DNA from: Candidatus Zixiibacteriota bacterium
GTDB lineage: Bacteria; Zixibacteria; MSB-5A5; CAIYYT01
Direction of reading: 5' to 3'
Length of the DNA: 24,906 nucleotides
NCBI GenBank assembly: GCA_040235515.1
Contig: JBECKX010000144.1
Span: 1 to 24,906 of the forward strand
The translations under genes were made by a program, and so were the position numbers. This document shows positions 16,960-24,906 of the stretch, in pieces. Within the stretch, counting starts at the first letter, position 1, and each line of letters begins with the position of its first letter. The notes beneath the pieces are model-generated. The model had not been told where the DNA came from and searched no databases. It saw only the letters and a program-made list of their open reading frames with translations.

Positions 16960-17361
16960 TTACGGCAGCCAGAGGCTGCCGGCCGCGAAAGGAGGTGACC
17001 TTCGCGACGTGCGGAGCGGATGAAAACGCGTAGCAAGGTCGTCTATATCGACGCTTTCTCCGACAACGAGACTCGTCGGTGGTCCATGCTTAATTGCAAC
17101 CGACTGACTCGCTCCCTGTGAGGTTTGATGATTTAGTACTCTCTCAAAATCATTCTCGCCGGTTTCAAGCCACCGGTCCGATAGCACCTGGCGGTCTTCC
17201 TTGTTATCTATCAGTGCGCCGGTTGGGGTGAAACTGAGTCCATGACTGGGAGCTTCGCAGGTGGCGGCGATGACAACGGTTCCGCCAGCCCGTCCGAAGG
17301 CTACGCCTGATCCCAGGGACGTCAGCGTCAGGATGATTATGATAGAGAGCCGTGTTTGCAT
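16960..17361 (-). CDS. Hypothetical secreted protein
   Basis: ATG-initiated 133-aa ORF with a signal-peptide-like N-terminus, filling the gap between co-directional genes; no recognised domain and no clear RBS. Confidence 0.4.
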   Translation of the reverse strand: MQTRLSIIIILTLTSLGSGVAFGRAGGTVVIAATCEAPSHGLSFTPTGALIDNKEDRQVLSDRWLETGENDFERVLNHQTSQGASQSVAIKHGPPTSLVVGESVDIDDLATRFHPLRTSRRSPPFAAGSLWLP

Positions 17362-17543
17362 TTTATCTTAAGAAGAGCCTCGGATGATCACGCCGGATCA
17401 TGCCAGTTGTTTTGCCTTTGAACGACCCTCACGGCCGTTCGCCATCAAATGCTACTCTATTTACAAGCAACCCCCGGAGTAGTTTCAATTGTGTTCGTTA
17501 AGAATCGTTAAAATGGGTAAATGTTTTTACGCCGGTGTTGCGA

Positions 17544-17999
17544 TTAGCGGCTTCCAGCAACAACCGCTCCTCCCCAGTTGCCGCGAACCGCGCGATAAAG
17601 AGCCAGGAGGGCGGCGGGCAGCAAGAGGGGAGAGCTCCAAAATCCCGGCATCAGCCGTCCGAGGTAGATTGAACCGAGCATGTGATTGAGAGCGTTGCCA
17701 GCCATAAGAACGCTGACAAGGAGCACGACCACACGAGCGAACTTCCCGCCGCGCGCGACAACAACCACAAATGTGATTCCGCCGAGAATGAGCGCGAGCA
17801 ATCCGCCCAGCCAGAGCGGAAACGAAAAGGTGGGCATGGGGAAGAATCCCCAGCGTTCCCTCAGCGTGAGTACAACATGATTGTAGAATGGCAGGAAATC
17901 GGTCAGTGTCTCATCGAGGAGATGCAGACCCAGCGCGCCCATCAGGACCAACCAGGCGACCGCGTTTTTGTCCTGAACGATATCGCGAACTGAACCCAT
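17544..17999 (-). CDS. HXXEE-like membrane protein
   Basis: HLLDE in TM1; NALNH..GS......PGFWS; four TM segments; starts 8 bp after the upstream stop. Confidence 0.7.
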   Translation of the reverse strand: MGSVRDIVQDKNAVAWLVLMGALGLHLLDETLTDFLPFYNHVVLTLRERWGFFPMPTFSFPLWLGGLLALILGGITFVVVVARGGKFARVVVLLVSVLMAGNALNHMLGSIYLGRLMPGFWSSPLLLPAALLALYRAVRGNWGGAVVAGSR

Positions 18000-18007
18000 C
18001 TATCTCT

Positions 18008-19831
18008 CTAGTTTGCAACCTTTACGTGTGGTGTCGCAGGCTTGCTCTGTGTCTGGTTATCAGAGCCAGCCGATGGTGCTATCGCTGCCTTCTGCCGGCG
18101 CATTCCCTCATCTGAGAGTATTCCAATCTTCAGTGATGCGTCCAATCCCAAGAGTTCCGGATAGAGATATCTCCCGCGTTCTGCAGGCGGTTTCTCCAAT
18201 TCTACCTTTACTCGATTCGCGTTCGCAAAGGCGTCTTTCCGAATGCCGGTCACCTGCCAGGATACCTCAATATGTGGTTTCTCTGTCTGGATCGTGAATT
18301 GACCGTCCTTTATCTTTTCGGTAACGATGGCTTGAGCGAATTCTCCAATGACAGTCAGCTGGTAACGGAAATCACTGTTGAGGGCCTCAAACCAATCAGG
18401 CAATTTAACTGTGGCAAAGCCATTGTCATCAGTGACCACATTACCGTCGTAGATGTTCTTCATGTCCGGGGATTCTACGAAGCTGTGCTGGAGGTACTTG
18501 TTCTCCGGATCAAGTGGGTGATCAATCCGAAATGCCCCGGCTGATTTGGACAACGTTCCGAGGACGCTCACATCACCTTCAAAATAGCCGGCGTAACTCG
18601 ATGCTCCTCCAATTGCAGTCGCGTATACTCCGTAGAGTTGACCTGGTCCGGTCGCCAGCGCTTGCATGCCCACTGCCTGCGCATTGACATCGGTACAGCG
18701 TCCGATTCCACGCAGGCCCTTGTAGGCGCCGACCCCTTCACCTTCCGTGATTCCCTCCGCCCCGATATAACCGCCAATGAACTGGCCACCAATTCCGAAA
18801 TAGTCTCTCGGCTTGCATTCCGAGGAAATTCCGATGTGATCTACATTGGCGATAGGACCATTGTAACGCACTGTCAACATCGAATCGGCGAATGAACTTG
18901 ATCCGGAAGATTCCAGTCGAGCTACAAGCACAGAATCTGAAGCTACTTTGATTCCGCAACCGTGCTCGAAGAGCGCAGAATAGAAATTGTGTGATTGGTA
19001 GACGTCCAGAGCGGGGGCAGGATTCGGGTCGGAGAATGTAGGACCAAGATTCTGGATTATCGCAGCAGCCCCGCTGCCCTGATTGATAAAGTGAGCAGCT
19101 GAACCACCCTGTTCACTACAGATTCCTGTGATTGCAGTCGGGACAACGCTCTGGATTTCGTCGCCCTGACCACTTCGAGCGATAATGGCTGTACTCGTCG
19201 TATTCTCTACGTGCAACGCCGGGATATAGACCTCGGGGTTGTTATCCTGCCTTATCAGCACGGCTCCCTGAGTCTGGTTCCCGCTTGTGTATACTCCGAA
19301 TATCGGATGGATATGACCGAACTGGTCGGTTATGCCAGAGTGAGAACCGACGAAAACCTTGTAGCCGTCCTCTGAGGAAACGACACCGTTCGACTCAGCC
19401 CAGAAGACGGTGCTTGGAAGACCGGTCACGGAGTCGGCCAGACTGGATCTGTACGCATGGAATGCTTGAAGCGCGAAGGGGGTAGCCGCGATTCGCTCGC
19501 GCGGAGTCAGTTCGGGATCGGACGCGATCTTGATGCCGAGATAACGCTCTGAGCCGCTGAATATCTCGTCTCCCAGAGGGTTTGCAGCTCCGAGCAAGAC
19601 TTTAAAAAAACCATCGATGGTCTGGATGTCCTGACTTTCTTCCCAGAGTGCATTCACTGCGAACTCAGAACTATAAATCGTGAAGTAAACCGGGTAGCTA
19701 CCATCGGCGATTGGCATGCCAGTAGCATCAGTAAGTCGGCCCTGATATGCTATGACATCGGGGACTTGAGCAACCAGGCTCGTGGTCAGGGATAAGACTA
19801 GGATTGTTGCGAAGATCAGGAGTTTGTTCAT
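18008..19831 (-). CDS. Large secreted fibre-like protein with a C-terminal autochaperone-like (peptidase G2/S74-type) region
   Basis: Signal peptide; IAYQGRLTD...FTIY...LWEE...LLG...PRERIAATPFA N-domain; Gly-rich beta repeats; FRIDHPLDPENKYLQHSFVESP...YQLT...VSWQVTGIRKD. Confidence 0.75.
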   Translation of the reverse strand: MNKLLIFATILVLSLTTSLVAQVPDVIAYQGRLTDATGMPIADGSYPVYFTIYSSEFAVNALWEESQDIQTIDGFFKVLLGAANPLGDEIFSGSERYLGIKIASDPELTPRERIAATPFALQAFHAYRSSLADSVTGLPSTVFWAESNGVVSSEDGYKVFVGSHSGITDQFGHIHPIFGVYTSGNQTQGAVLIRQDNNPEVYIPALHVENTTSTAIIARSGQGDEIQSVVPTAITGICSEQGGSAAHFINQGSGAAAIIQNLGPTFSDPNPAPALDVYQSHNFYSALFEHGCGIKVASDSVLVARLESSGSSSFADSMLTVRYNGPIANVDHIGISSECKPRDYFGIGGQFIGGYIGAEGITEGEGVGAYKGLRGIGRCTDVNAQAVGMQALATGPGQLYGVYATAIGGASSYAGYFEGDVSVLGTLSKSAGAFRIDHPLDPENKYLQHSFVESPDMKNIYDGNVVTDDNGFATVKLPDWFEALNSDFRYQLTVIGEFAQAIVTEKIKDGQFTIQTEKPHIEVSWQVTGIRKDAFANANRVKVELEKPPAERGRYLYPELLGLDASLKIGILSDEGMRRQKAAIAPSAGSDNQTQSKPATPHVKVAN

Positions 19832-19978
19832 CGCTGGTACTCACCTTTGAAAAGTGTCAGAAGGTAATAGGTCGATTGTGTTCAGGACAAGTTAGCGTGA
19901 GATCAGTTAGGGCAGCAGAGGCGGGAGAGATAGATCAGGCAGATCAAATCTACATGCACCATTCAATCTATTTCATAC

Positions 19979-20006
19979 AAGATAATATAGATGCCAAAAG
20001 TGTCAA
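19979..20006 (-). promoter_or_regulatory. Sigma70-type promoter for the 19831 gene
   Basis: Minus strand TTGACA-N16-TATCTT within an AT-rich patch. Confidence 0.55.
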
Positions 20007-20165
20007 TGTTTTTTGAACGGCTCGGTTATTAGCCGGGTCGCCAAACGAAGAAGTATTCCATTTTTGGTGCAGCGCAAAGATTACGGTAACCTTCGCCCGC
20101 CGTGGATATTAGAGCGCTGGAGGTGAGTTGTTCTGGCTCGCGCTGGAGTTGCAGGAGTGAGAAGG

Positions 20166-20243
20166 GGAACCAACCATAGGATGGTTCTGGTTCCTTGACA
20201 GGGAGCGCCCCTCGGATTTTAAGCGGTCGCATCCGAGGAGCGC
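20166..20243. repeat. Two intergenic hairpins downstream of the dockerin gene
   Basis: GGAACCAACCAT-agg-ATGGTTCTGGTTCC (20166-20194) and CCTCGGAT-N13-ATCCGAGG (20210-20238) with GCGC flanks. Confidence 0.55.
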
Positions 20244-20284
20244 GAATAGTCTTGGTTGTGCCGGGGATTAGGTGACTGCAGGGT

Positions 20285-21262
20285 CTACTGCTGGCACCCC
20301 GGCGGAGGACCACCTCCAAAGAGGTAGTTGATCACCCCAACCGCATCCGAGATGGAGATGAGGGCATCGCAGTTGAAGTCGCCCCGTACGATATCGCAGT
20401 TTGCCGGTAGCTGTCCGATATCGAGCCTGATTGCTACATCGAACAGGTTGGAGAATTCATCATAAATCGTGAAGTAGGCATACCAGATGCCGAACTGGAT
20501 CGTGTTGGGGGTCCAGACTGTCTGCGAGGGATTGAGGCCGGCCACTTCGGGCAGGGAGTCGGACGCGACGTGGACGCCGGTCGCGGCGTTGACTATGCTG
20601 TCGAGCACAACGGCTGTTACGCCTGAGCCGGATACCAGCTCGATGATGATTCCCAGCGGATAGCCGGCATCCCCGGAGTATTGCGTGGGAGAGAGCAGGA
20701 AGAACTCAGCCGGAGCGTTGACGATCTGCAGCGTTCCACCCACGAACTGTGGCGTGTACTGATTTCCACTTTCACCTGCTAATGTGAATGGATTATTGAC
20801 GGGCGCGACGCAGGAATCGGCGGTGACCTGGTCGCCGATGATCAATCCGTGGAAGTAGACATCCCCCATCTTGTAGCGACCCGGCTGGAGAAACTGCGAA
20901 AGGGTCAGCCCCACCAAACCGATAGTGTCGGGAGCGATACCGTCCAGATGGGGGAAGCCCTGAATCGGAAGGAGGGTAAAGAGCTCCGGCACGCCGGGGG
21001 TTGCAAATAGCGTTGAAACGGAGTCGTAGATCGGCATCACCCCGTTGCCGAAGTACTCCATTCCGGTTGCGAAGGCCCTGATTGGTTGATCTGTCGCGAT
21101 GTAGAATGGGATTTTGAAAGTTCCACCGGGAAGGCCGTAAGCGGTTCCGTTGTCACCGTAATAGACGGTGTCTGGCACACCAGTGTCCTGCGAGTATGCC
21201 TCCGGGGGTGGAAGCAGCACCAGGAGGCCAGCTACGAAGAGCAGAGTTAGCGTGGCTTTCAC
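20285..21262 (-). CDS. Secreted cohesin-like/Ig-like protein with a single C-terminal dockerin repeat
   Basis: AAGGAG RBS before GTG21262; signal ending AYS; PDTV..., YTPQFVGGTLQI, WTP; RGDFNCDALISISDAVGVINYLFGGGPPP. Confidence 0.78.
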   Translation of the reverse strand: MKATLTLLFVAGLLVLLPPPEAYSQDTGVPDTVYYGDNGTAYGLPGGTFKIPFYIATDQPIRAFATGMEYFGNGVMPIYDSVSTLFATPGVPELFTLLPIQGFPHLDGIAPDTIGLVGLTLSQFLQPGRYKMGDVYFHGLIIGDQVTADSCVAPVNNPFTLAGESGNQYTPQFVGGTLQIVNAPAEFFLLSPTQYSGDAGYPLGIIIELVSGSGVTAVVLDSIVNAATGVHVASDSLPEVAGLNPSQTVWTPNTIQFGIWYAYFTIYDEFSNLFDVAIRLDIGQLPANCDIVRGDFNCDALISISDAVGVINYLFGGGPPPGCQQ

Positions 21263-21424
21263 GACATTTCTCCTTGGTTTGTGGGTTTGGATGTTAATCG
21301 ATAGGCGATTTTTGCGGCAGGCCGGCACGACCGGGGTTAATCGGGTAAGCCGGCATCGAAAAGCAGCGACGATCGAAGCCCGCCCGCAATGATCATAGTT
21401 TTGTTGACTTTGAGTTCCAGATTC

Positions 21425-21453
21425 AAACTAAGATTCGGCGGCACTTGTGTCAA
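21425..21453 (-). promoter_or_regulatory. Sigma70-type promoter for the 21262 gene
   Basis: Minus strand TTGACA-N17-TAGTTT. Confidence 0.6.
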
Positions 21454-21829
21454 GCTAGTATCTGGTTAGGGGGGGTGTTGCGAATCGGGCGGATTGGTTC
21501 GCCGGCGCGGCAGGGTGTTCGTCCGGCGACTGGTTTATAAAGTGGCTTGCGCAAGCCGACGGTGCCCGCGTTCAAAGCTTACTTGATCAGTCACTGTGTG
21601 AGACTTAAGGGGAGGATCCGCGATTTTCTAGAATGGTTGACTTACCACGCGAGAGGTTAACATCAGCGGGCAAGCTCGCAGTTCGACTCCAGCCTCGAAG
21701 TCTTCAGTGACCATAAGCCTACTAACGGGCTGCTACTAATGGGGGTGATGCGATTCTTGATGTGGTTTGGTAGAAGAACTCAATGCTTGAGGAAGTTGCA
21801 GGAGCCCGCTGTGCGTGCTTTGGCATACG

Positions 21830-21853
21830 GGTACCCCAGCCCTTGGGCTGGGG
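21830..21853 (+). repeat. REP-like palindrome, left copy
   Basis: GGTACCCCAGCCCTTGGGCTGGGG; an exact inverted copy lies at 22413-22436. Confidence 0.9.
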
Positions 21854-21870
21854 AGGAAGAAGGAAGGGAG

Positions 21871-22404
21871 ATGACAAACCTTCGACATTATGATAATCTT
21901 GGCACTGCCAGGTTTGTGACGATTTCCTGCAGGCGTTCACTGTCGCTCCTGAATGATCCTCACAATGCGAGGGCTGTCTTGCATCAGTTGGCGAGTCTTC
22001 GAAGAACTTATGACGTTCAAGTCTTTGGATATGTCATCATGCCCAATCATGCGCATTTCGTCATGTTGCCGCCTGAAGGATCGAAGCTGGGGAACTTAGT
22101 TGGAATCCTGAAGTCACTCTCGGGGCGGCAGATATCTCTCAATCTTCAAAAGCTCAATTCGCCATTCCTGCCAAGTCTTCACATCACAAATAATGGCGAA
22201 CCGAAGTACGCCATCTGGCGACCACGATGCTACGATCACAACTGCAGGACACTTGAAGCCGCTATAGAGAAGATCAACTATTGCCATGAGAATCCAGTGA
22301 AGCGGGGATTAGTGAAGGAAATGGCTGATTGGCCCTGGTCGAGCTACCGGCATTATCTCGTGGCAGGCACGATACCAGTGAGCCTTAATCTATTGAGCGA
22401 GTAG
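21871..22404 (+). CDS. REP-associated tyrosine transposase (RAYT, IS200/Y1 HUH superfamily)
   Basis: Purine-rich RBS before ATG21871; FVTI, YVIMPNHAH (HUH), W..RCYDH, NYCHENPVKRGLV and WPWSS motifs. Confidence 0.92.
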   Translation: MTNLRHYDNLGTARFVTISCRRSLSLLNDPHNARAVLHQLASLRRTYDVQVFGYVIMPNHAHFVMLPPEGSKLGNLVGILKSLSGRQISLNLQKLNSPFLPSLHITNNGEPKYAIWRPRCYDHNCRTLEAAIEKINYCHENPVKRGLVKEMADWPWSSYRHYLVAGTIPVSLNLLSE

Positions 22405-22412
22405 TCCAAGCG

Positions 22413-22436
22413 CCCCAGCCCAAGGGCTGGGGTACC
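22413..22436 (-). repeat. REP-like palindrome, right copy (inverted)
   Basis: CCCCAGCCCAAGGGCTGGGGTACC, the reverse complement of 21830-21853. Confidence 0.9.
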
Positions 22437-22564
22437 GTTGTCATTGCCGGTGTGGCCGTGACCTTGGTCGCGGGCACGCCCAGTGAGGAATAGAATCACG
22501 TGGATCCGGTGGTTGAGGTTGAGGATACGGGGAGAAGCTACGATAGATGGTTGGGCAGCCAGTC

Positions 22565-24906
22565 TCAGCTTTGTTGAACACTTGACTTCCTTGCTTCCTT
22601 CTCCAGCATTTCGTAGTGTTTCGGGTCAGCTTGCTTAATCAACTTCAGTAAGATCTTGATACACTCCTTGCCGGTCTTGGGCAGAGTTGTGTCAAACTGC
22701 AGCAATCCTGACTTGGTATCCAGGTGTGAATGCGAGTTTACGAAAGAGTAGACATGGTCAATGTCTTCAGCAGATATATCTGTGCAAACTTTGCTTTGAA
22801 GCACCTGAAGACGCTGGCGGAATGAATCGCTGATAGGAACACGGTAGGCCAAGAAGCACTCAAGTAGCTTTCTCGCCAAGTTCGGGTAGTTGTATATGGC
22901 GTCAATCTGAGTCGCCCCGTTGGAGGGATTCTCAGCCTCGAAACAGTAGAGCATCTTGAATAGAAAATGATACTCCGACTCGAAGTTTTTGAGCAAAGGG
23001 TCAAGCTCAGAAAGTACTGCTACACGTCGCTTTCTTTCGCAGTCAAACCTAGTTTCCATCATGAAGAACTCGCTAGGCGGCTCGTGATTCTTTTTCCTTT
23101 TCAGTCTATTTTTGGCGATCAACCAGTTCTTAATCTGATTGAACATGTCGAAGTTGTGCGTAAGGACAAAGAGTTGGGCAGCATTGCCAAACTGTCTCTG
23201 AATGTACGCGCAGGTGCGAAATAGCAGGTCGCTGTCCAGACTTGAGATTGGATCGTCAATCACTACAATTCCGTTTTCTAAATCAAACTCGGGAGACTGC
23301 ACGTAGACGCAAAAGTGCACAAATGCTATTGCAGTTTTTTCCCCCTCACTAAGGCTGCTTGCCGGGCTGCCGCGACGCATAATTCGAAGTCCAACCGAGG
23401 AATCGTCAGTATCAGATTGTTCGGTCGCCTCGTCAGCCTCGAAACGAATCTCATCGTGTCCCAAGAAAGCCATGAGGCTTTCATTTAACTTGTCACATGC
23501 CTTTGCGGTGGAAGATACTTTGAGTTGGTTCTGTCTGATTCGTTCTTCGATCGCTGCGATGCCGGGAGAGGCCGGGTCCGATGGGTCTCCGTTAATCAAA
23601 GTATTGATCTTGGTTTGCAACTCGTTGATCTCTTTGTCATCAGCGGCCACATCGTCGATTATTGTACTCAGCCAGTGTTTCTTGACAATCTCTTCTGATA
23701 CTTTTCTGATTTTCTCAATGTTTTTGGTTCTGTTGTTGTGCTTTTCGATGATTAAGTTGCACTTTTCAGCTGCCGCTCTTAACACCTCAAATCTGATGTC
23801 GCTGGTCCTCTCTATGAGATTGTGAGTGTCTTGTTTCTTTTCCTCGAGAGATTTCTGGAGGCCGTTGAGTCGAGAGATGAAGGCTCGTAACTCCAGTGTT
23901 AGTTCAGCTTTGGCTTGCGAGAACTCAGCTTGAAGATCACTGTAGAAAGCCGCCTTGTCCGGGATTTCTATGGCATTGAAGCTCCGTTTCAGCGCGTCGA
24001 TCCTCCCTATCAGAGAATTTAACTGGAGCTTGAGTTCTTGATCGTCACGACTGAAATGTGCTAGCAACTCTCTAGCACGTTCCGGTGGTATCAGTTGACT
24101 ACAGTACTCACAATTGGTTGAAGAGTGAGTTTGATGGAGCTTCACACCTTCTTCAACCCATCGCGCTATGTCTTTGTGCTCAGTTAGTCTGTCTATGAGC
24201 TTCGCACTAACCACCTTTTTCAGAAGAGCCTCTGCGTGCGAGTTTATCTCTTGATCCAGCATTTCTTGAAACCGCTCGACGCCTACTTGATCAGTTGGCA
24301 ATGAAATCAAGCGCACCTTTTCTAGCGCGTCCTGTTTCAAGGTTCGCAAGTGGGTTTGTAACTCGGAATCGTCCAGTCGGTCCTTCGAGGAAACCGCAGA
24401 GAACTCAGATTCAGCCTCTCGTCTTTTGTAATCCCGTCGCGCAGCTCCCGTGATCGCAATCCACATTTGCTTAGCAACCTCAGTGAATCGCTCAGCTCTT
24501 CTTCCTTTAGCTTGGTTAAGGTTTTCTTGCTCACCCTCGAGAAGCTTCTTTAATCCGGAGTGCGTAGGGTTGTTGGGGTCACCGTTTAGGGCAATCTTGT
24601 CTTTTTTGATTTGATCCAATGCAAAGTCACTATCAACTGCAAACAATCTGAGGGTGCCTGCGCTGCCACTGACGAACGCTATCCGGTCCGAAATGTAGTC
24701 TTGGCTGAAGACCGCGATCGGTACATTGTAATCTGAAGTTTCAGTATAGGAACGATTCTGATCGTCAGTGAACCTATATCTGACGTTCTCATGGATCCCC
24801 TTCGATTGATGACCGATGATGCGAAACAGCCTTGAAAGAGTTGTCTTGCCTGTACCGTTCCAGCCGTAGATCAGATTATATCGTCTGAAATCCGGTAGGC
24901 TAGGGG
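22565..24906 (-). CDS. rloC: RloC-like wobble-nucleotide-excising anticodon nuclease (AAA_13 ABC ATPase, zinc hook, HEPN); 5'-truncated
   Basis: Frame is open to the window edge and reads DFRRYNLIYGWNGTGKTTLSRLF (Walker A); CEYC in a coiled coil; LSEGE; VIDDPISSLD; VLTHN; ESEYHFLF, PNLARKLLE and NSHSH. Confidence 0.85.
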   Translation of the reverse strand, partial: PSLPDFRRYNLIYGWNGTGKTTLSRLFRIIGHQSKGIHENVRYRFTDDQNRSYTETSDYNVPIAVFSQDYISDRIAFVSGSAGTLRLFAVDSDFALDQIKKDKIALNGDPNNPTHSGLKKLLEGEQENLNQAKGRRAERFTEVAKQMWIAITGAARRDYKRREAESEFSAVSSKDRLDDSELQTHLRTLKQDALEKVRLISLPTDQVGVERFQEMLDQEINSHAEALLKKVVSAKLIDRLTEHKDIARWVEEGVKLHQTHSSTNCEYCSQLIPPERARELLAHFSRDDQELKLQLNSLIGRIDALKRSFNAIEIPDKAAFYSDLQAEFSQAKAELTLELRAFISRLNGLQKSLEEKKQDTHNLIERTSDIRFEVLRAAAEKCNLIIEKHNNRTKNIEKIRKVSEEIVKKHWLSTIIDDVAADDKEINELQTKINTLINGDPSDPASPGIAAIEERIRQNQLKVSSTAKACDKLNESLMAFLGHDEIRFEADEATEQSDTDDSSVGLRIMRRGSPASSLSEGEKTAIAFVHFCVYVQSPEFDLENGIVVIDDPISSLDSDLLFRTCAYIQRQFGNAAQLFVLTHNFDMFNQIKNWLIAKNRLKRKKNHEPPSEFFMMETRFDCERKRRVAVLSELDPLLKNFESEYHFLFKMLYCFEAENPSNGATQIDAIYNYPNLARKLLECFLAYRVPISDSFRQRLQVLQSKVCTDISAEDIDHVYSFVNSHSHLDTKSGLLQFDTTLPKTGKECIKILLKLIKQADPKHYEMLEKEARKSSVQQS

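Noticed and set aside
20029..20319. 96-aa ORF after the dockerin gene
   Set aside because: It overlaps the gene end, crosses two hairpins and does not encode a second dockerin repeat.
21541..21660. Short frame ending RIRDFLEWL, suggestive of an integrase remnant
   Set aside because: Too short, no convincing start and no catalytic motifs.
21675..21695. GTTCGACTCC as a tRNA T-loop remnant or att site
   Set aside because: No T-stem or acceptor pairing, and no match to the tRNA-Ile 3' end.
21739..21870. N-terminal extension of the RAYT ORF
   Set aside because: It reads through the left REP; ATG21871 has the RBS and gives a typical RAYT length.
1..24906. CRISPR array, rRNA, prophage or selenocysteine read-through
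   Set aside because: No regularly spaced repeats, rRNA motifs, phage structural cluster or in-frame TGA at redox motifs were seen.

Overview
GC-rich bacterial chromosomal window. The cohesin-like plus 'GDxxCxxxxSIxDAV..INY.FGGGPPP' dockerin proteins suggest candidate division Zixibacteria or a relative (inference). From left to right: a 5'-truncated DsbD-type thiol:disulfide interchange gene and a secreted redoxin; a small outer-membrane barrel; a minus-strand run of Omp85/BamA-like protein, small membrane protein, cysteine-less thioredoxin-fold protein, ABC ATPase and permease, crcB (fluC) and DUF190; a receiver-only response regulator; an acidic lipoprotein; a cohesin-dockerin protein behind a long structured leader that carries a fluoride-riboswitch-like motif; DUF899, EamA, SDR and GYD genes; a structured intergenic region with an orphan minus-strand terminator; a stand-alone tRNA-Ile(GAU); a GT-C/YfhO-like membrane protein with a probable C-terminal frameshift; further secreted proteins; a REP-associated tyrosine transposase (RAYT) bracketed by two identical, inverted 24-bp GTAC-headed palindromes; and an AT-richer RloC-like ABC-ATPase/HEPN anticodon nuclease gene that runs off the right edge. 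The best candidates for undescribed biology are the 10081-10337 leader RNA, the 14064-14392 structured region, the Omp85/thioredoxin-fold/ABC/crcB gene run and the RAYT-REP unit next to RloC. All family assignments come from motif recognition by eye; no database searches were run.
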